A stretch of DNA of 56,688 nucleotides, filler included, from Dugesia japonica (taxonomy: Eukaryota): the NCBI GenBank assembly GCA_001938525.1. It is 5 parts of 5 records of this genome, joined end to end, with 100 filler letters (N's around TTAATTAATTAA, not from the genome) between each part and the next. Parts side by side here need not be neighbours in the genome. Positions count along the whole stretch, not along the records: positions 33,333 to 45,231 come from MQRL01624362.1; positions 45,332 to 56,688 come from MQRL01595468.1; 3 more parts are not named here. The stretch is one strand, 5' to 3'. How positions within the stretch are numbered: the first letter of the stretch is position 1; every line of letters starts with the position of its first letter. The notes under the pieces were generated by a model, which was not told the origin of the DNA, searched no databases, and saw nothing but the letters and a program-made list of their open reading frames with translations. Below are positions 37,651-50,896 of this stretch, one piece after another. The translations under genes and the position numbers were made by a program.

Positions 37651-37917
37651 GGGAAAAATTAAAACCATTACTAATAGGTAAAGTACTAGCGAAATTGTGG
37701 AAATGAATTTTCAAATGTTTATTAAAGTTTATTAAAAGAATTTNAAGAAAATATTAAATGTAAAGTCAAATTTTAAGAAATTTCAGCATTGATTTTCTGG
37801 AGAATTAAAAAAAATAAGTTCATTTAAATTAATTTGAATTTTAAATATGAAATAAAGTTTAATTTTATAATAAGATGAAATTTTTAGATAAAAAAATTGA
37901 TAGAATTAATAAAATTA

Positions 37918-38829
37918 AGAATCCATTTTTGCTTTTATTCAAAATATATAATCGAAAAATTTTTAATTAAAAATATATCGAAAAATTTTTAATTAAAAAT
38001 ATATAATCGAAAAAATTTTAATTGAAAATATATAATCGAAAAAATTTTAATTGAAAATATATCGAAAAATTTTTAATTAAAAATATATAATCGAAAAATT
38101 TTTAATTCAAAATATATATTTTTATAATTACAATTATTGTGAGAATAATTGTTGGACTTAACCATTGATCGCATTTGAGATTTCATTAAAATAAGAAAAA
38201 GCTTCGATCAAAAGCTTTTTCTTATTTTAATGAAATCCAAAATATATAATCGAAAAAGTTTTAATTGAAAATATATAATCGAAAAAGTTTTAATTGAAAA
38301 TATATAATCAAAAAAGTTTTAATTAAAAATATATCGAAAATTTTTTAATTAAAATATGTAATCGAAAAAGTTTTAATTAAAAATATATAATCGAAAAAGT
38401 TTTAATTGAAAATATATAATCGAAAAAGTTTTAATTGAAAATATATAATCGAAAAAGTTTTAATTGAAAATATATAATCGAAAAAATTTTAATTAAAAAT
38501 ACATAATCGAAAAAATTTTAATTCAAAATTTATAATCGAAAAAAGTTTATTTCAAAATATATAATCGAAAAATTTTTAATTAAAAATATATCGAAAAATT
38601 TTTAATTAAAAATATATCGAAAAATTTTTAATTAAAAATATATAATCGAAAACATTTTAATTGAAAATATATAATCGAAAAATTTTTAATGAAAAATATA
38701 TCAAAAATTTTTTAATAATCGAAAAATTTTTAATTAAAATATATAATCGAAAAATTTTTAATCCAGAATATAAATTTGTATTAAACGTTTTTCGATTCTA
38801 TATTTTGAATAAACGCAAAAATGGATTCT
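37918..38829. repeat. 29/26-bp tandem array enclosed by ~40-bp TIRs with AG...CT ends
   Basis: Unit AAAATATATAATCGAAAAAGTTTTAATTG. Left end AGAATCCATTTTTGCTTTTATTCAAAATATATAATCGAAAA; right end reverse complement AGAATCCATTTTTGCGTTTATTCAAAATATAGAATCGAAAA. Confidence 0.9.
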
Positions 38830-40779
38830 AAATTTTCAATTTTCTCTTTTTAAATATAAAAATATATTTTTAACGTAATAATTTAAATATTAAAAATAAT
38901 TTTAAATTAATAATTAAAAAAAAGAATTTTTTAAATAAAATTTTCAAAATTAAAACTGGATCTCAAATTGTTAGGCTTATTTAATTGTTTAAAATAACAA
39001 AAAGTTATATTTTTATTCTTATTATTTTGAATAAATATTAATGGATTCAAATATTCTTATATTCGACAGTGAATGTCGTAGATTCATATAAAATCAATGA
39101 ATGATTTAACATTATTTTAAAATGAAATAAAAATATTAATTAAAATCTATTTTTCTTTAAAAATATTTTGTATTAATTGATATTTCTATCAAAATCATTA
39201 TCATTTTATAATAAAAATTACTAGATTTGTTATTGTAAAAATGTCCATGTAAAAATTAAAGAATATTTTTGATTAATATAAATTTTATTTAATGAATATT
39301 TTTTATTTATTATGCAAGAAATATTGCAATTCAAATTTATTTTAAATTAATCAATTTTTAAATAAATTATTTATGTATAAAATTTATCACATAAAATGGC
39401 AAATTAAAAATCTTCTGTCTCGCTCATGATCTGTACATAAAAAACCATTCACTCTAACTTTCAGTTAGAAATAAATTTCAAAATATGCAAAAAATATGTT
39501 TTCTGATTTAATAAAATAAATGTGTCAAAAAGAGAATGATCTGACGATGGTTATCGTGTTAAATATTATATTTATTTATTCAATGACTTGAAATTTTATT
39601 TTTGAATAGTTNAATTATTTCGATTAAGTATTCAGTGTAACCTTTGTCTCAACAATCACATAATGTTATTGCTAATATGTGCTCACGTGTTGTATCCAAT
39701 ATATTTTATTGATTAATTGAAAGTATTGATCCAACTGATGAAATCCAGTCAGTTCAAATCAATATAAATATAATAAAATTTGTAGACATTATTATAAATA
39801 ATCAATATTTCTTTTTTGATTAAACTAATTAAAATTATGCGGATTGTTTTGTAATCAAACTATTAGAGCACATGTGTCAACGTGTTGTGTAACTTATTCA
39901 GCCAGACTAGTTATCTGTGAATCACCATCATATGGTTTGAGTCATCAAAATATTGAAACACTATTACATTTTAAGTCATTATTAAAAAAAGATTATTTAA
40001 CAGCACAAGCACTTAATTCTTTTACTTTAAAAATTAATTTATTAAAACAGTGTATTTTTTGAGGAAAAACGTTATGTTTTTATGTGGATTCTGACAAAGT
40101 TGATGCTAAAAGTGTTTAGTACTTTTAAATCGCGCTTCAGTTTTCATTTTTGTTCAGAAAATTTTCATAATTCATAAAGTTAAAATATAATTTCAATGAA
40201 TGTTGTATGTCGTTTCTAATCAATAAAATCTAACCACAATTTGTTATGCTACTCTAGATGATATAAATCTTTCTTAAATTTCAAAAATATTGAACAATCG
40301 ATATTATTCTTATTTTTAAAATGGAGTCTCAAAACCTTTTTCCAAGATTGAATAAACCCCACTTTGTTGTTTGTATTATTGAATGCAATTTCGAATACAA
40401 TTTTACGTCAACTTGTCTGTTACATTATAATCCTGCCATGATTTTTAATTAGCTCTTTTCAGTTTTTTATTTTAGTTCTATCGTATATGGGAATGTGCGG
40501 TATTTATATTTTATGGAATATTTTATTGCTTAATATCAAAATTGTAATTCGTAATGTCTTACAAGATTTTTCAAAATATTTAATCATTGAAAATAAAACA
40601 TTTATTTACACTTAATAAAACAAACAAAAAGTTAATTTATACATTGAACACCAGATATATTTTTGTGTTTTCGAGGTTAGAAATTAAAAATGTATTTTAG
40701 CAAAATACAACACAAAATTTTAACTAAAAATTTTCTTCTCACAATGTTTTTGCAATAAAAATTTGCATGTAATCATTAA

Positions 40780-41575
40780 ATGAACCACGAAAATCAGCTT
40801 TAATGTGTTGTATTTATAACGTCCATAAGTTCTTCTGGTGTTTTACAGTTTTGAGCTTATGGTCTTATAATGAAAAGGTTTCTTCGATTGTATTTGACTG
40901 TACGGAGGAAGAAATAATTATTCATGTCCAACACATTCAATCATTCTCATAACCGCTTCAATTTTTCCTCCTCCGCCAATCTTCCCATTATACTACGAAT
41001 AAACATTTAACACGTTGTTCCATTATAAACAGATGGCAAAATTTCAAAAATCAAAAATTAACTTCTCGAAATTGCTGTAGAGATTGGATCTGATTGACCA
41101 CATAATTTATTTGGAGATGTTCCTATCATACATGCGTCTCATGGTGCAATTTAATCTCATTTCATCAAGAAAAGTGATTCGGTCGCTGCTCAACTGTATA
41201 AATTCAAATGCTTAAAATTTTCTTTGTATATAGCAATTTCCATTTCAAACCTCTTGTATGAGCATAACTCTGTTAAATGATTATCAAAACCTTGGAAAAG
41301 CCACTTTCAATTTAAATTTATGTTCAAAACCTTCTAGCAATTCTTTCAAAGTTATTGAGACATTTGTCGATTTTTTAAAAATAAACATATTTTCCGGACG
41401 GATTGAAACTTAATCGCCGTAACATTGCCGGTCTTTTGATATTTTTGAACAACAGACGTGACATTTCTATTATTAACGTCAAGTTCTTCTGATATTTGTT
41501 TGGGTGCCTTTCCAATTTCGAATTCAGCACAAATTTTACTCTGATTTTGGTTGTTATTTGTATTCTTTTGACCAT
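40780..41575 (-). mobile_element. IS630/Tc1-like transposase relic
   Basis: RITFLDEMRLNCTMRRMYDR (first Asp), YNGTT..MFI and FLPPYS..NTIEETFS. Confidence 0.65.
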
Positions 41576-42069
41576 GCTAGAAATAGAGTTGTTATTATAT
41601 TATGATTATTTTAATTTAACAACCTTTCTTTGTTTGATTATGTATTATGTTATAACGATTAACTATTTTGTTTTAACGAGTAAATTTTTCGTTAAAATAA
41701 TTAAATATTTTGTTAAAACGATTGAATTCTTTATAACGATTATATATTTTGTTATAATGGTTAAATATCTGGAAAACCCCTTTTTTGAACAAGTACTTTT
41801 TGAATNNNNNNNNNNNNNNNNNNNNNNAAAAAAAAATAAAAGTTAATCGTGCAAGATTAGAAAAATTAAAAATTAAGTACTTTTTATAATGATATAAAGA
41901 GAAATTAATTTTATTTAAACTTTGGGGCTTGAATCATGTTTCGTTATATCGAGGATATCAAATTTTGTCCATTTTAAATTTTCCATTTATAAAAACGTAT
42001 TTGGGTTCTCAAATCTAAAAGGAAAAGCCCGTAGATTGATTGGACAAAAAGATAGATAATGATTGGTTA

Positions 42070-43016
42070 GTTTTAAGAACTTAAAAATATAAGAGTTAGT
42101 TTTAAATAAATGATGAGGTTTGAGAAGTCTATAAACAATAAAGATGAGAAATACACAACGACAGGTTCATCCAACCACATATAATTTTGAAATAAATTGT
42201 AAATCATATTTTGATCTATTTTCAGTGCCTCAGTCGTGGTGTTAAGTAAGTTGGATTTTTCTTTGATGTTACTCAATTGAATATTTGATGGATAAGTAGT
42301 TATCAATAAATAGCAGAATCTTTCTCCCGTTATCTTCCAATTATTTTATTCCTTTGTCTGAATCAGGCTTCGAGGATACTTAATGTCATCCAAGCCTTGC
42401 TGCTTGCTGTATATTTAACTAGTATTTTTCATTATCAGTCATGTTTGCACCGATTTTACTTCTTTTGTCACCAGTGCAACGATCGTTCTTAAATGCAAAG
42501 GTCCTATTTGGTAACAGTCTATAAAAGAGATCAGTCTCATGTGCATTAAATATATCCTCTTGTGGATATTGTTTAATGAGTTGCCACATTTTTAATTCTT
42601 TTATATTGATTTTTCTTGACTCTCCTTGATTTATTTTAAAGGTTTTAGTATATCTCCGTAACAAATTATCAAGCAACCCGTTACTTCCACGAAATTAATT
42701 TAAATTTAGTTCAATTGTGATTTCTTTTGCCTTTTCTTGAATAATTATCCGATAACTGGTAGATTCTGACTTACAGTTTGTCCAAAGCATATTAAAATAG
42801 CCCTTTCTAGATGCTTATATTGTTCATTCTTTATTTTATTACACTTTGGATCAATACCATTCTCAATTGCCTCTTAATCTAATAATTCCAGCAACCGTCA
42901 TTCTAAAAACTCTAAATCTTTCAGCCTACACAGTTCAGTTTGTATTTGTTCTCGCTGCTTCAATAATTTCTTTTTCTGATTTAATGTTAATTGACGCCTC
43001 TTTGATTTTGAAGGCC
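42070..43016 (-). mobile_element. pogo/Tigger (CENP-B-like) transposase relic
   Basis: QYPQEDIFNAHETDLFYRLLPNRTFAFKNDRCTGDKRSK..ANMTDNEK; SKAWMT downstream. Confidence 0.88.
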
Positions 43017-44108
43017 NNNNNNNNNNNNNNNNNNNNNNNNNNNNNNNNNNNNNNNNNNNNNNNNNNNNNNNNNNNNNNNNNNNNNNNNNNNNNNNNNNNN
43101 NNNNNNNNNNNNNNNNNNNNNNNNNNNNNNNNNNNNNNNNNNNNNNNNNNNNNNNNNNNNNNNNNNNNNNNNNNNNNNNNNNNNNNNNNNNNNNNNNNNN
43201 NNNNNNNNNNNNNNNNNNNNNNNNAAAATCAATGTAATTTATAATAATTAAAATTATTAAAATTAACCAATGAAAATTTAGTAAAAATAAATTAATTCAA
43301 AGAAAATTACTATCGTAAAATTAATTATTGAAGAAATCAAAAAAAATCAATTCCTGACGAGGACAAAGTCGAAAATTAGAATTATTATAAAAAAATTAAT
43401 TTGATCAAAGCTTTTATTTTAACTACCCTATGAAATAATTCAAAATTTCAAGGCAATTTAGAAATTATATTTATTGAATACGAGCAATTTTTGAATATTA
43501 AACATTGATCTATATTTTTTGTTTAATTAAAACAGGAATAAACTTCCAGTCTTAAATTTCGAGTACAAACTATAGATTTCAAGTACTAAAAACATTTATA
43601 CCTACTCTCTTAAATTTTTTTCTCTGCATAATTGAGTAAAGCAAAACTAATCTGAAGAAGTTGGAAAATTTCATTTTTTGACGAGGACAAAGTCGAAAAT
43701 TAGAATTATTATAAAAAAATTTTATTTTATCGAAGCTTTTATTTTAATGAAATCTCAAAAACGTCCAACAATTATTCTCGCAATAATTGTAATTGTAAAA
43801 TTAATATATTGGGATTGAATTTTTGATACGTGTCGTTATAACGAGGTAAGAATAAAAGAGTTTATTGAATCTATTTTTTAATCAAACCGTTGTTTAATCA
43901 AGGTGTCATTTCATTAGAATATTTTCGTAAGGTTTTATATTTCTTTTTACCAAAATTAACCGTCACTAAATCGAGTGTGTCCTTAAATCAAGGTTGGAAT
44001 TGAGTAAAGTGTGAAATCTAGAGATAAGATTTTGAAAATGAAATTAGAATTTCACTTAGTTTTTTTCATTTATTAAATACAATTAAAACATTTTTAATAA
44101 AATTTCAG

Positions 44109-44304
44109 CATTTTTGAAAGTGGAATCACATTAGGGAGAATTTTCGTTTTACTAATGTTCGGTTATCGATGGATTGTCCGGAGTCTATCTATAGCAACAG
44201 ATAATATTGCAACTGTCAATCCACTAACCACTATTATAAACTATTTAGTTAGATTTCTGTCAAGCGGATTTGTTCAAACATTTATAGTGAGCATGGGAGG
44301 ATGG
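44109..44304 (+). CDS. BAK-like BCL-2-family gene, BH1-BH2 exon
   Basis: IFESGITLGRIFVLLMFGYRWIV...FLSSGFVQTFIVSMGGW versus BAK LFESGINWGRVVALLGFGYRL...WIAQRGGW. AG at 44107-08; GT directly after GGW (44305-06). Confidence 0.88.
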
Positions 44305-44350
44305 GTACGTTATCGAATATTTAATTCTTTAATATCTTTTTCGTTTTAAG

Positions 44351-44446
44351 AGAGCAATAATGCATTCCCTCAGTACCACAGCCACCGTAATATTTGCCGC
44401 CTTAGCTGGTGTTTTTGTATTTCTCGCTATCGTTTTCCATAAATAA
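44351..44446 (+). CDS. BAK-like gene, last exon (C-terminal membrane anchor)
   Basis: After a 46-nt GT-AG intron: RAIMHSLSTTATVIFAALAGVFVFLAIVFHK*. Confidence 0.88.
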   Translation, partial: RAIMHSLSTTATVIFAALAGVFVFLAIVFHK

Positions 44447-45231
44447 ACCAACTTGATTTGATTGTGTTTTTTCTTAAATAATTTGTAATAAATTATGTAG
44501 TTAACATTTTATAAATATGTATGGATCATTTTTATATAGTTTTTCCTGCATTCTTATGCTGCGTACAGAATATTTAATAGTAAAAATTTTATATTTCATT
44601 ATTTGTTTGAAAGATGTATAATTTTTAAGTCAATCTATGCTTTCTGGTAAAATTGTTGAAAGCTATTTTTGTAATGATAAACAGAAAATACAAATTAATT
44701 TCTTTTTTATTATTAATTTCTTAATATAGGATTTCATAAGTAGTATACAAAATCTATCTATCTAAACAATGTTTCATCTGGGATGTGTTAAATCGGGCTG
44801 TAGCCAGAGGTGCATGCCGAGTTTTAAAAAATCGGGTGCCGGTTGATATTGATATGTGATTTTTCAATACCAAACAAAATTCTTTGTTTCGTGAAATCCA
44901 AGCCAACATATTGTAAAGATTTTCGGAATCGATTAAAAGGGCGGCTTTGTAAAAATCAAAGAATTAAGTGAAACTCTGTTTCTTTAAAACGGTCTATTTT
45001 TTCAAATGAAGAGTTTTTTAGATATACCTGACCCTCGTATAACGCTAATTACAATTTGCGGAAACCCTTTGTATAGAGCGGAGCTAAACCCTCGTATAAC
45101 GAGTTTTTTTTGAAATTCCAAATTTGTAGTATCCGGATATTTCCATATGTGTATAAAGAAATATAATAAAGAACTTCTTAAACCGACACATAATATTTAA
45201 TGTTTCTTTTCCACATTGTTTGCGTAATGAA

Positions 45232-45331
45232 NNNNNNNNNNNNNNNNNNNNNNNNNNNNNNNNNNNNNNNNNNNNTTAATTAATTAANNNNNNNNNNNNN
45301 NNNNNNNNNNNNNNNNNNNNNNNNNNNNNNN
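45232..45331. other. Artificial contig spacer
   Basis: N run, TTAATTAATTAA (45276-45287), N run. Confidence 0.95.
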
Positions 45332-45744
45332 TTTCTTAGATGCATTGAAAGAGAAGGATTGAATGGATGGCTCAAAATGCAATCTTCATATCCGTTGCTC
45401 TATGAGGAAGTTTTCTCATACTTACTTTCTTTTCCAATTTCGTAGTTAGTTGAGGCAGAGGTTTTCGCAGTAAATGATGTATTGACAAAGAAACACAATT
45501 TTTTACAAATTTAAAAGAGAGATGATTTGCGCCTGAAAATAAATCAATATCTGGAAGTTCAAATTAAAAACTGATAGAGCGACATCAGCAGCAATGTAGT
45601 CATTGATAAAAATTTATGACATCATATCAATTTTGCAAGTTGAATAAAGTTTATTTTTAATTTTGACTTTTCAGACCTATGTGGGGTGGAAACTTTTTAA
45701 GAATAGAAAAGTGGGCCGCAGAGGGAAAAAGTTGAAAAACACTG
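45332..45744 (+). mobile_element. hAT (Charlie/Buster) 3' end
   Basis: FPIS.LVE..F.AVNDVLTKK...DLRL....IKK.IERHQQQCSH*, ending in the TIR-like AAAAAGTTGAAAAACACTG. Confidence 0.85.
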
Positions 45745-46444
45745 CTGTAAAATATCGATTTACTGTAACACATTAGCTAACTATAAAAATGAAAACCATC
45801 ACTCTAAAGTTGAATTTCTGTTTTTTTGATTTTATCATAAAGAAAGCCCTTGTTTTTAAATTCTTTATCGAATGGTACTAGTTTTAAAACGGTTTAAAAT
45901 ATTCGGTTTTATGCCACTTTCAAGAATTTTTAAATTTTTCAATCGTAAAAAACCTTTTGCTTTTGTCTGATTAAAATATAAACTGCACCATCGTATTTAA
46001 CATACAATTTTTCATAAGACTATAAAAGGTTTGTTTTCATAGCACCTTTATTTTGGCCGATAGGGAGATCTAAGAATTTTTAAGGATATGTTGATGGAAT
46101 ATTTTATATAGTTTAATCTATCAATGTACAATAGAAACTCAACACGATGCAATACATATGCAACAAAAATGCAATACGAGTGCAATAAAGTAATACATTT
46201 CTAATTAAAGACTTAAGTTGTTACGTTATATTTTCATTTTTTAATTTATTGAATTTGATAGTTTTAATTTATATAATATGTTAAACATTTAAAACATAAA
46301 AATATAATAATAAATAAATTTTAAAATATTTGAAAGAAAAGAAAAACTTTTTAATCAAATTCACTATTTAAAACAGTTAATGAACTCAAAATTAAATTAT
46401 TTTTTGTTATCAAAAAATTTAATTAGAAAACTTTATTTATTTAG

Positions 46445-46735
46445 CAAATGCTGAAAACTCGCAAATAAAATCATTTAATTTTTCTGACGGAATATATTCC
46501 TCGAATAAACCAAACAAATTTCACATATATCATTTAATTGTCTGTGATAAACATACTAATCAAACAAATATTTCTGTTGTGTGGATTAAACGTTTAGGAC
46601 TTGAAAATTTGTTGGTTCGAGTCAATACAATTTATATTACTGATGAAGATAAAGCGAGTAATTATACGTATGAATGTAAACTATTAAACGAAGATAAAAT
46701 TAATAACCACACTGAAATATTTTTCGAGATAAAAA
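46445..46735 (+). CDS. Probable Ig-like-domain exon (phase 1-1, 97 codons)
   Basis: Stop-free between ttag| and |gtaat: ...HLIVCDKHTNQTNISVVWIKR...NTIYITDEDKASNYTYECKL..., with Ig-like C...W...YxC spacing and several N-x-S/T sequons. Confidence 0.6.
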
Positions 46736-48179
46736 GTAATTTTANTGTTGTAAATAAATGAACTCGGTGTAAATTAAAACAAATGAAAATAGATAAAATT
46801 GAAAATTAATAAAAAAGTTAATAATAAAAGGCTAAAGACGAAAACATTTAAGTGTTCTCATATTTTGATCTACTATTATTTTATCAGCCAATTTTTCAGT
46901 TTTCAATTATTTTACTATTGTAATCCATACCTTCGCGTACTAACAATTATAAAAGCAAGTGTACAGTAAAGTACGTGCGATAAATTTGGATTAATTTCAT
47001 TTTATATTTGTGAATAAGTAAGTAAGGAAAATAAGAAAAAAATAAGTTGAATGATAATCTTATATATAAAGTTGAATTTTTTCAAATTATATTCTGAGCG
47101 TTAACCAAATGTCCAGTGAAAGATAATAAGTGACTAATTAAAATAACACCATAATAAAAACGTCTTCTAAATAGAATTTATTTCCTCTTTGATATAAAAG
47201 TGTATTAATTAAAACAATATGTTTAAGGATAATTATTTAATTTCTGACACTATTAATAAGTTTTTATATCTTCTATTTGGTTGAGCTGTTTATTTAATAA
47301 TATTTATAATAATATTTTTTTGATTTACTACACAAAATCGGGATATACTTTATAATGGAGAAATCAAAACCAATCTTTATTAATTTTCAATGAAAATATT
47401 TTTTTTCATGTTTCCGATTCTAAATCAATGTTTTTGAATTGGTAAGAATCCATACTATTCTGAATTATATCTGTAATAAATTAAATCACACATTCAACAG
47501 AATTATTTCAAAAATATAATTTATAAACAAAATAGTCCATAAATAGAAATGTGAAGTGTGGAAGAATCAAAGGAAAATGATGATAACATATAAAAACAAT
47601 ATAGTATAAACAACAAAGTATAGCTTTAAAAAACGATATATTAATAAAAAAAACATTTTTAAAGAACCATAACAACTAAATAATATGAGTACAATTTAAT
47701 ACAATTACAAAACCTCGGATTTATTTATTTATACATACAACATAAAAATCATATTTTTAATAAAACAAATTACCTCAAACAATAATAATAATTGAATACC
47801 TCTACAACTTAATTTTTAGAAGATTAAAGATAAGCAAGAAGAAGATTAAAATCTTCTTGTTTTTTCATTAAAATAAGATAAGGCATCTATCAAAACAAAA
47901 CAAAATTTATTTGTAAAAAAAGTTCAAATTTTCGACAATAGTCGAAAATTTGAACTTTTTTTNNNNNNNNNNNNNNNNNNNNNNNNNNNNNNNNNNNNNN
48001 NNNNNNNNNNNNTAATGAAATCTCAAATCCGATCAATGGTTAAGTCCAACAATTATTCTCACAATAATTGTAATTATAAACTTCTTGTTTTTATATTTGT
48101 AAAATCTTTTAGGAGATTTTTTTGTCTATTACTATTGTAATATTATTTTCAATTGATAAAATAGGTAACCCGGATAGTC

Positions 48180-50896
48180 GTTTCTGTGTCATAGATGACC
48201 TTAAATAATTTTTTACTAGTTTTAAATGAGAAAACTTCTTTCTCCACTAGCAACACTAACTGGTATTGTTAATAATATTTTTAGAGCAAAATATAAATTT
48301 GGATAGATTGGCATTAACTTATTCTGTAAAATATGTTTCAAAATATCGTTCAAATCATCTGATGGTTTCAACAAACTGGAAATAAATATTAATTCTTCTG
48401 ACAGTCGAACACTTTCAATGTCTTCTTTATCACCATCGCTAAGTATAACTTCTAAATCCCTACAATATTTTAAAATATCTTTTTTTCATGTAGTTAATTT
48501 CGAAATGGAATATAAGAAGCCAAATGTATTGTTATAATTTTATAGTCGTTGGAAACTTTCTTCTATTGATGGTATAACGACGTCTAACAAATTAAAATAA
48601 ACTTCAATTTTAAATTGTGGTAAATTTTCTATTGGTTCATGACTCACTTTTNTAATTCATACTATTAAAATTTTGGGTTTCAAATCAATTCTTTCTGCTA
48701 ATTTACGAGCAGTGATAAAGAAATTCTGCAATTTTTTATATCTAATCCTAAAACTTTTACCTCAGTCTCATTTTGGACGCTGTCTCATATCCAAATATAT
48801 CATCTACTTCTAAAAACTCTATAAAATACTCCTTCACTTGTTGTGCAGCATTTGAATTTGTATAAACAAATCGAACAGTTAAAGTGAGTTGTTCTTTATG
48901 ACTTATGAGAAGAAAGGTGTCCATAATAACTGAGAAAAATTCTGCACCTTTTGCCATCTCAATAATCTTGTTTTTTTGTCTTTTGAACTACTAATTCAAT
49001 TAATCCATTTTGAATATCTTTGCACAAGTAATGAACATTTTTTCATTTGACGTTATTCGACGCAAATTTTCTTTTATAATAGGATCGTACATGCCAAAGC
49101 ATTCGACAAACTTTAGGAAAACAACATTGTTCTTTTCATAAAAAGCATAAGATTTCCAACGAAATGGCAAATTAAGTTCAGTCTGTGTCAAAATATTCGG
49201 TGTTAATCTTTCTAAAACGTCAGACTAATGTTGTTTTACATTCTGCAAGAGCCGTTCATATTCTGCATTAATAGTTTTATTCAATCGTTTTCTTTTGAGA
49301 GTTTCCGACCAACTAGTAAATGACTTAATATGGATTAAAGTTTTCTCGTGATTATCAATGACATAGCTCAAATTGTTCCAATTATTGTAGACTGTTATAA
49401 ACTTTGTGCTTTTAGAAGGAAATAATTTCAAAGAAAAATAGTAAATAAATGAGCCACGTCCTTTTAATTCGTTCTCCGTTTGATAAAAACCAAATAGAGA
49501 TGTTTCGGTATAAATCATCTGTCATTATTGTCCGTAAGAAATGAAAAGTTATTTGGAATATCTACGGTACCCTTTCAAAAACGATTTTTTAAATTTGGTT
49601 TGTCAACACATTTGGTCATTTTGCAAGATCAAAATACATATTTACTTAATCTTGGGNNNNNNNNNNNNNNNNNNNNNNNNNNNNNNNNNNNNNNNNNNNN
49701 NNNNNNNNNNNNNNNNNNNNNNNNNNNNNNNNNNNNNNNNNNNNNNNNNNNNNNNNNNNNNNNNNNNNNNNNNNNNNNNNNNNNNNNNNNNNNNNNNNNN
49801 NNNNNNNNNNNNNNNNNNNNNNNNNNNNNNNNNNNNNNNNNNNNNNNNNNNNNNNNNNNNNNNNNNNNNNNNNNNNNNNNNNNNNNNNNNNNNNNNNNNA
49901 ACAATAATAAAAAATAAATTTTAAAATTTTAAATATTTACGATTTTTTTAAATTCATATATTGATTTAGCGTTTCAGCATATTGGAGAACTACTACAATT
50001 CGAGTATACGATATATTAAAAAATATTACACACCAAATATATATTTTATAATAATTTCAGACAACAAAATTTTAAATAAAGCACTCGCACTCNNNNNNNN
50101 NNNNNNNNNNNNNNNNNNNNNNNNNNNNNNNNNNNNNNNNNNGATTTTTTAAATTTGGTTTGTCAACACATTTGGTCATTTTGCAAGATCAAAATACATA
50201 TTTACTTAATCTTGGGCTTCCTTCTCATTCTCTCGTGATAGTAATACTGTATCCGGTGATTTGTTTTCATTTGCATATTAATTTTGAGTTACAGGAAAAT
50301 CAACTGTTAGTGGATCAGCAGCTGCCATTATAAGATTAGACAACTTTCTTTGCATTTTTTACTTGCATTTCTAGCGCTTCTTTTAGAAGTTGCTGTTCCT
50401 CTGCTCTCTTTTTGTAGAAAGCGTCTGATTCTATCTTTGTTTTTCTAACCGGCATTCGAACAATAATAAAAAATAAATTTTAAAATTTTAAATATTTACG
50501 ATTTTTTTAAATTCATATATTGATTTAGCGTTTCAGCATATTGGAGAACTACTACAATTCGAGTATACGATATATTAAAAAATATTACACACCAAATATA
50601 TATTTTATAATAATTTCAGACAACAAAATTTTAAATAAAGCACTCGCACTCCACCGAAAAGGTTTTGAGTAAGACTGAATCAAAATTGCATCAGTTGTTG
50701 TTAGTGATAAAATTGCTTCTATACATTTTCTCTGGAGTTAATGCTTAACTTCAACCATTGACCAATCTCCTGTCATTTTACATCAACCACCCACTTAGTA
50801 TTAGCATCGAAAACCGATAGGATGGCTTTTGGCCGCCCCTTAAAATGTGCCACTACAGGCGGCCAAATGCTCTGCCTATGTGTAACGCCGGCACTG
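48180..50896 (-). mobile_element. hAT transposon relic (ZMYM1/TTF-type transposase) with 5' TIR
   Basis: TIR CAGTGCCGGCG at 50896 and ATG at 50455 (MPVRKTKIESDAFYKKRA). Then YNNWNNL...HEKTLIH, FLKFVE...YDPIIKE, AEFFSVIMD...SHKEQLTLTVRFV and IYPNLYFALK. Confidence 0.9.

Noticed and set aside
37940-38780. CRISPR-like array
   Set aside because: The units are head-to-tail with no unique spacers, no cas genes are present, and the context is eukaryotic.
39600-40062. Cys-containing short ORFs as upstream exons of the BAK-like gene
   Set aside because: No BH3 motif and no consistent splice phase were found.
41496-41846. Hydrophobic 116-aa ORF
   Set aside because: It reflects T-rich degenerate repeats and is partly antisense to a transposase relic.
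49583-50651. ~560-bp tandem duplication in the hAT 5' region
   Set aside because: The copies are identical and bounded by N gaps, so this is most likely a scaffolding overlap artefact.
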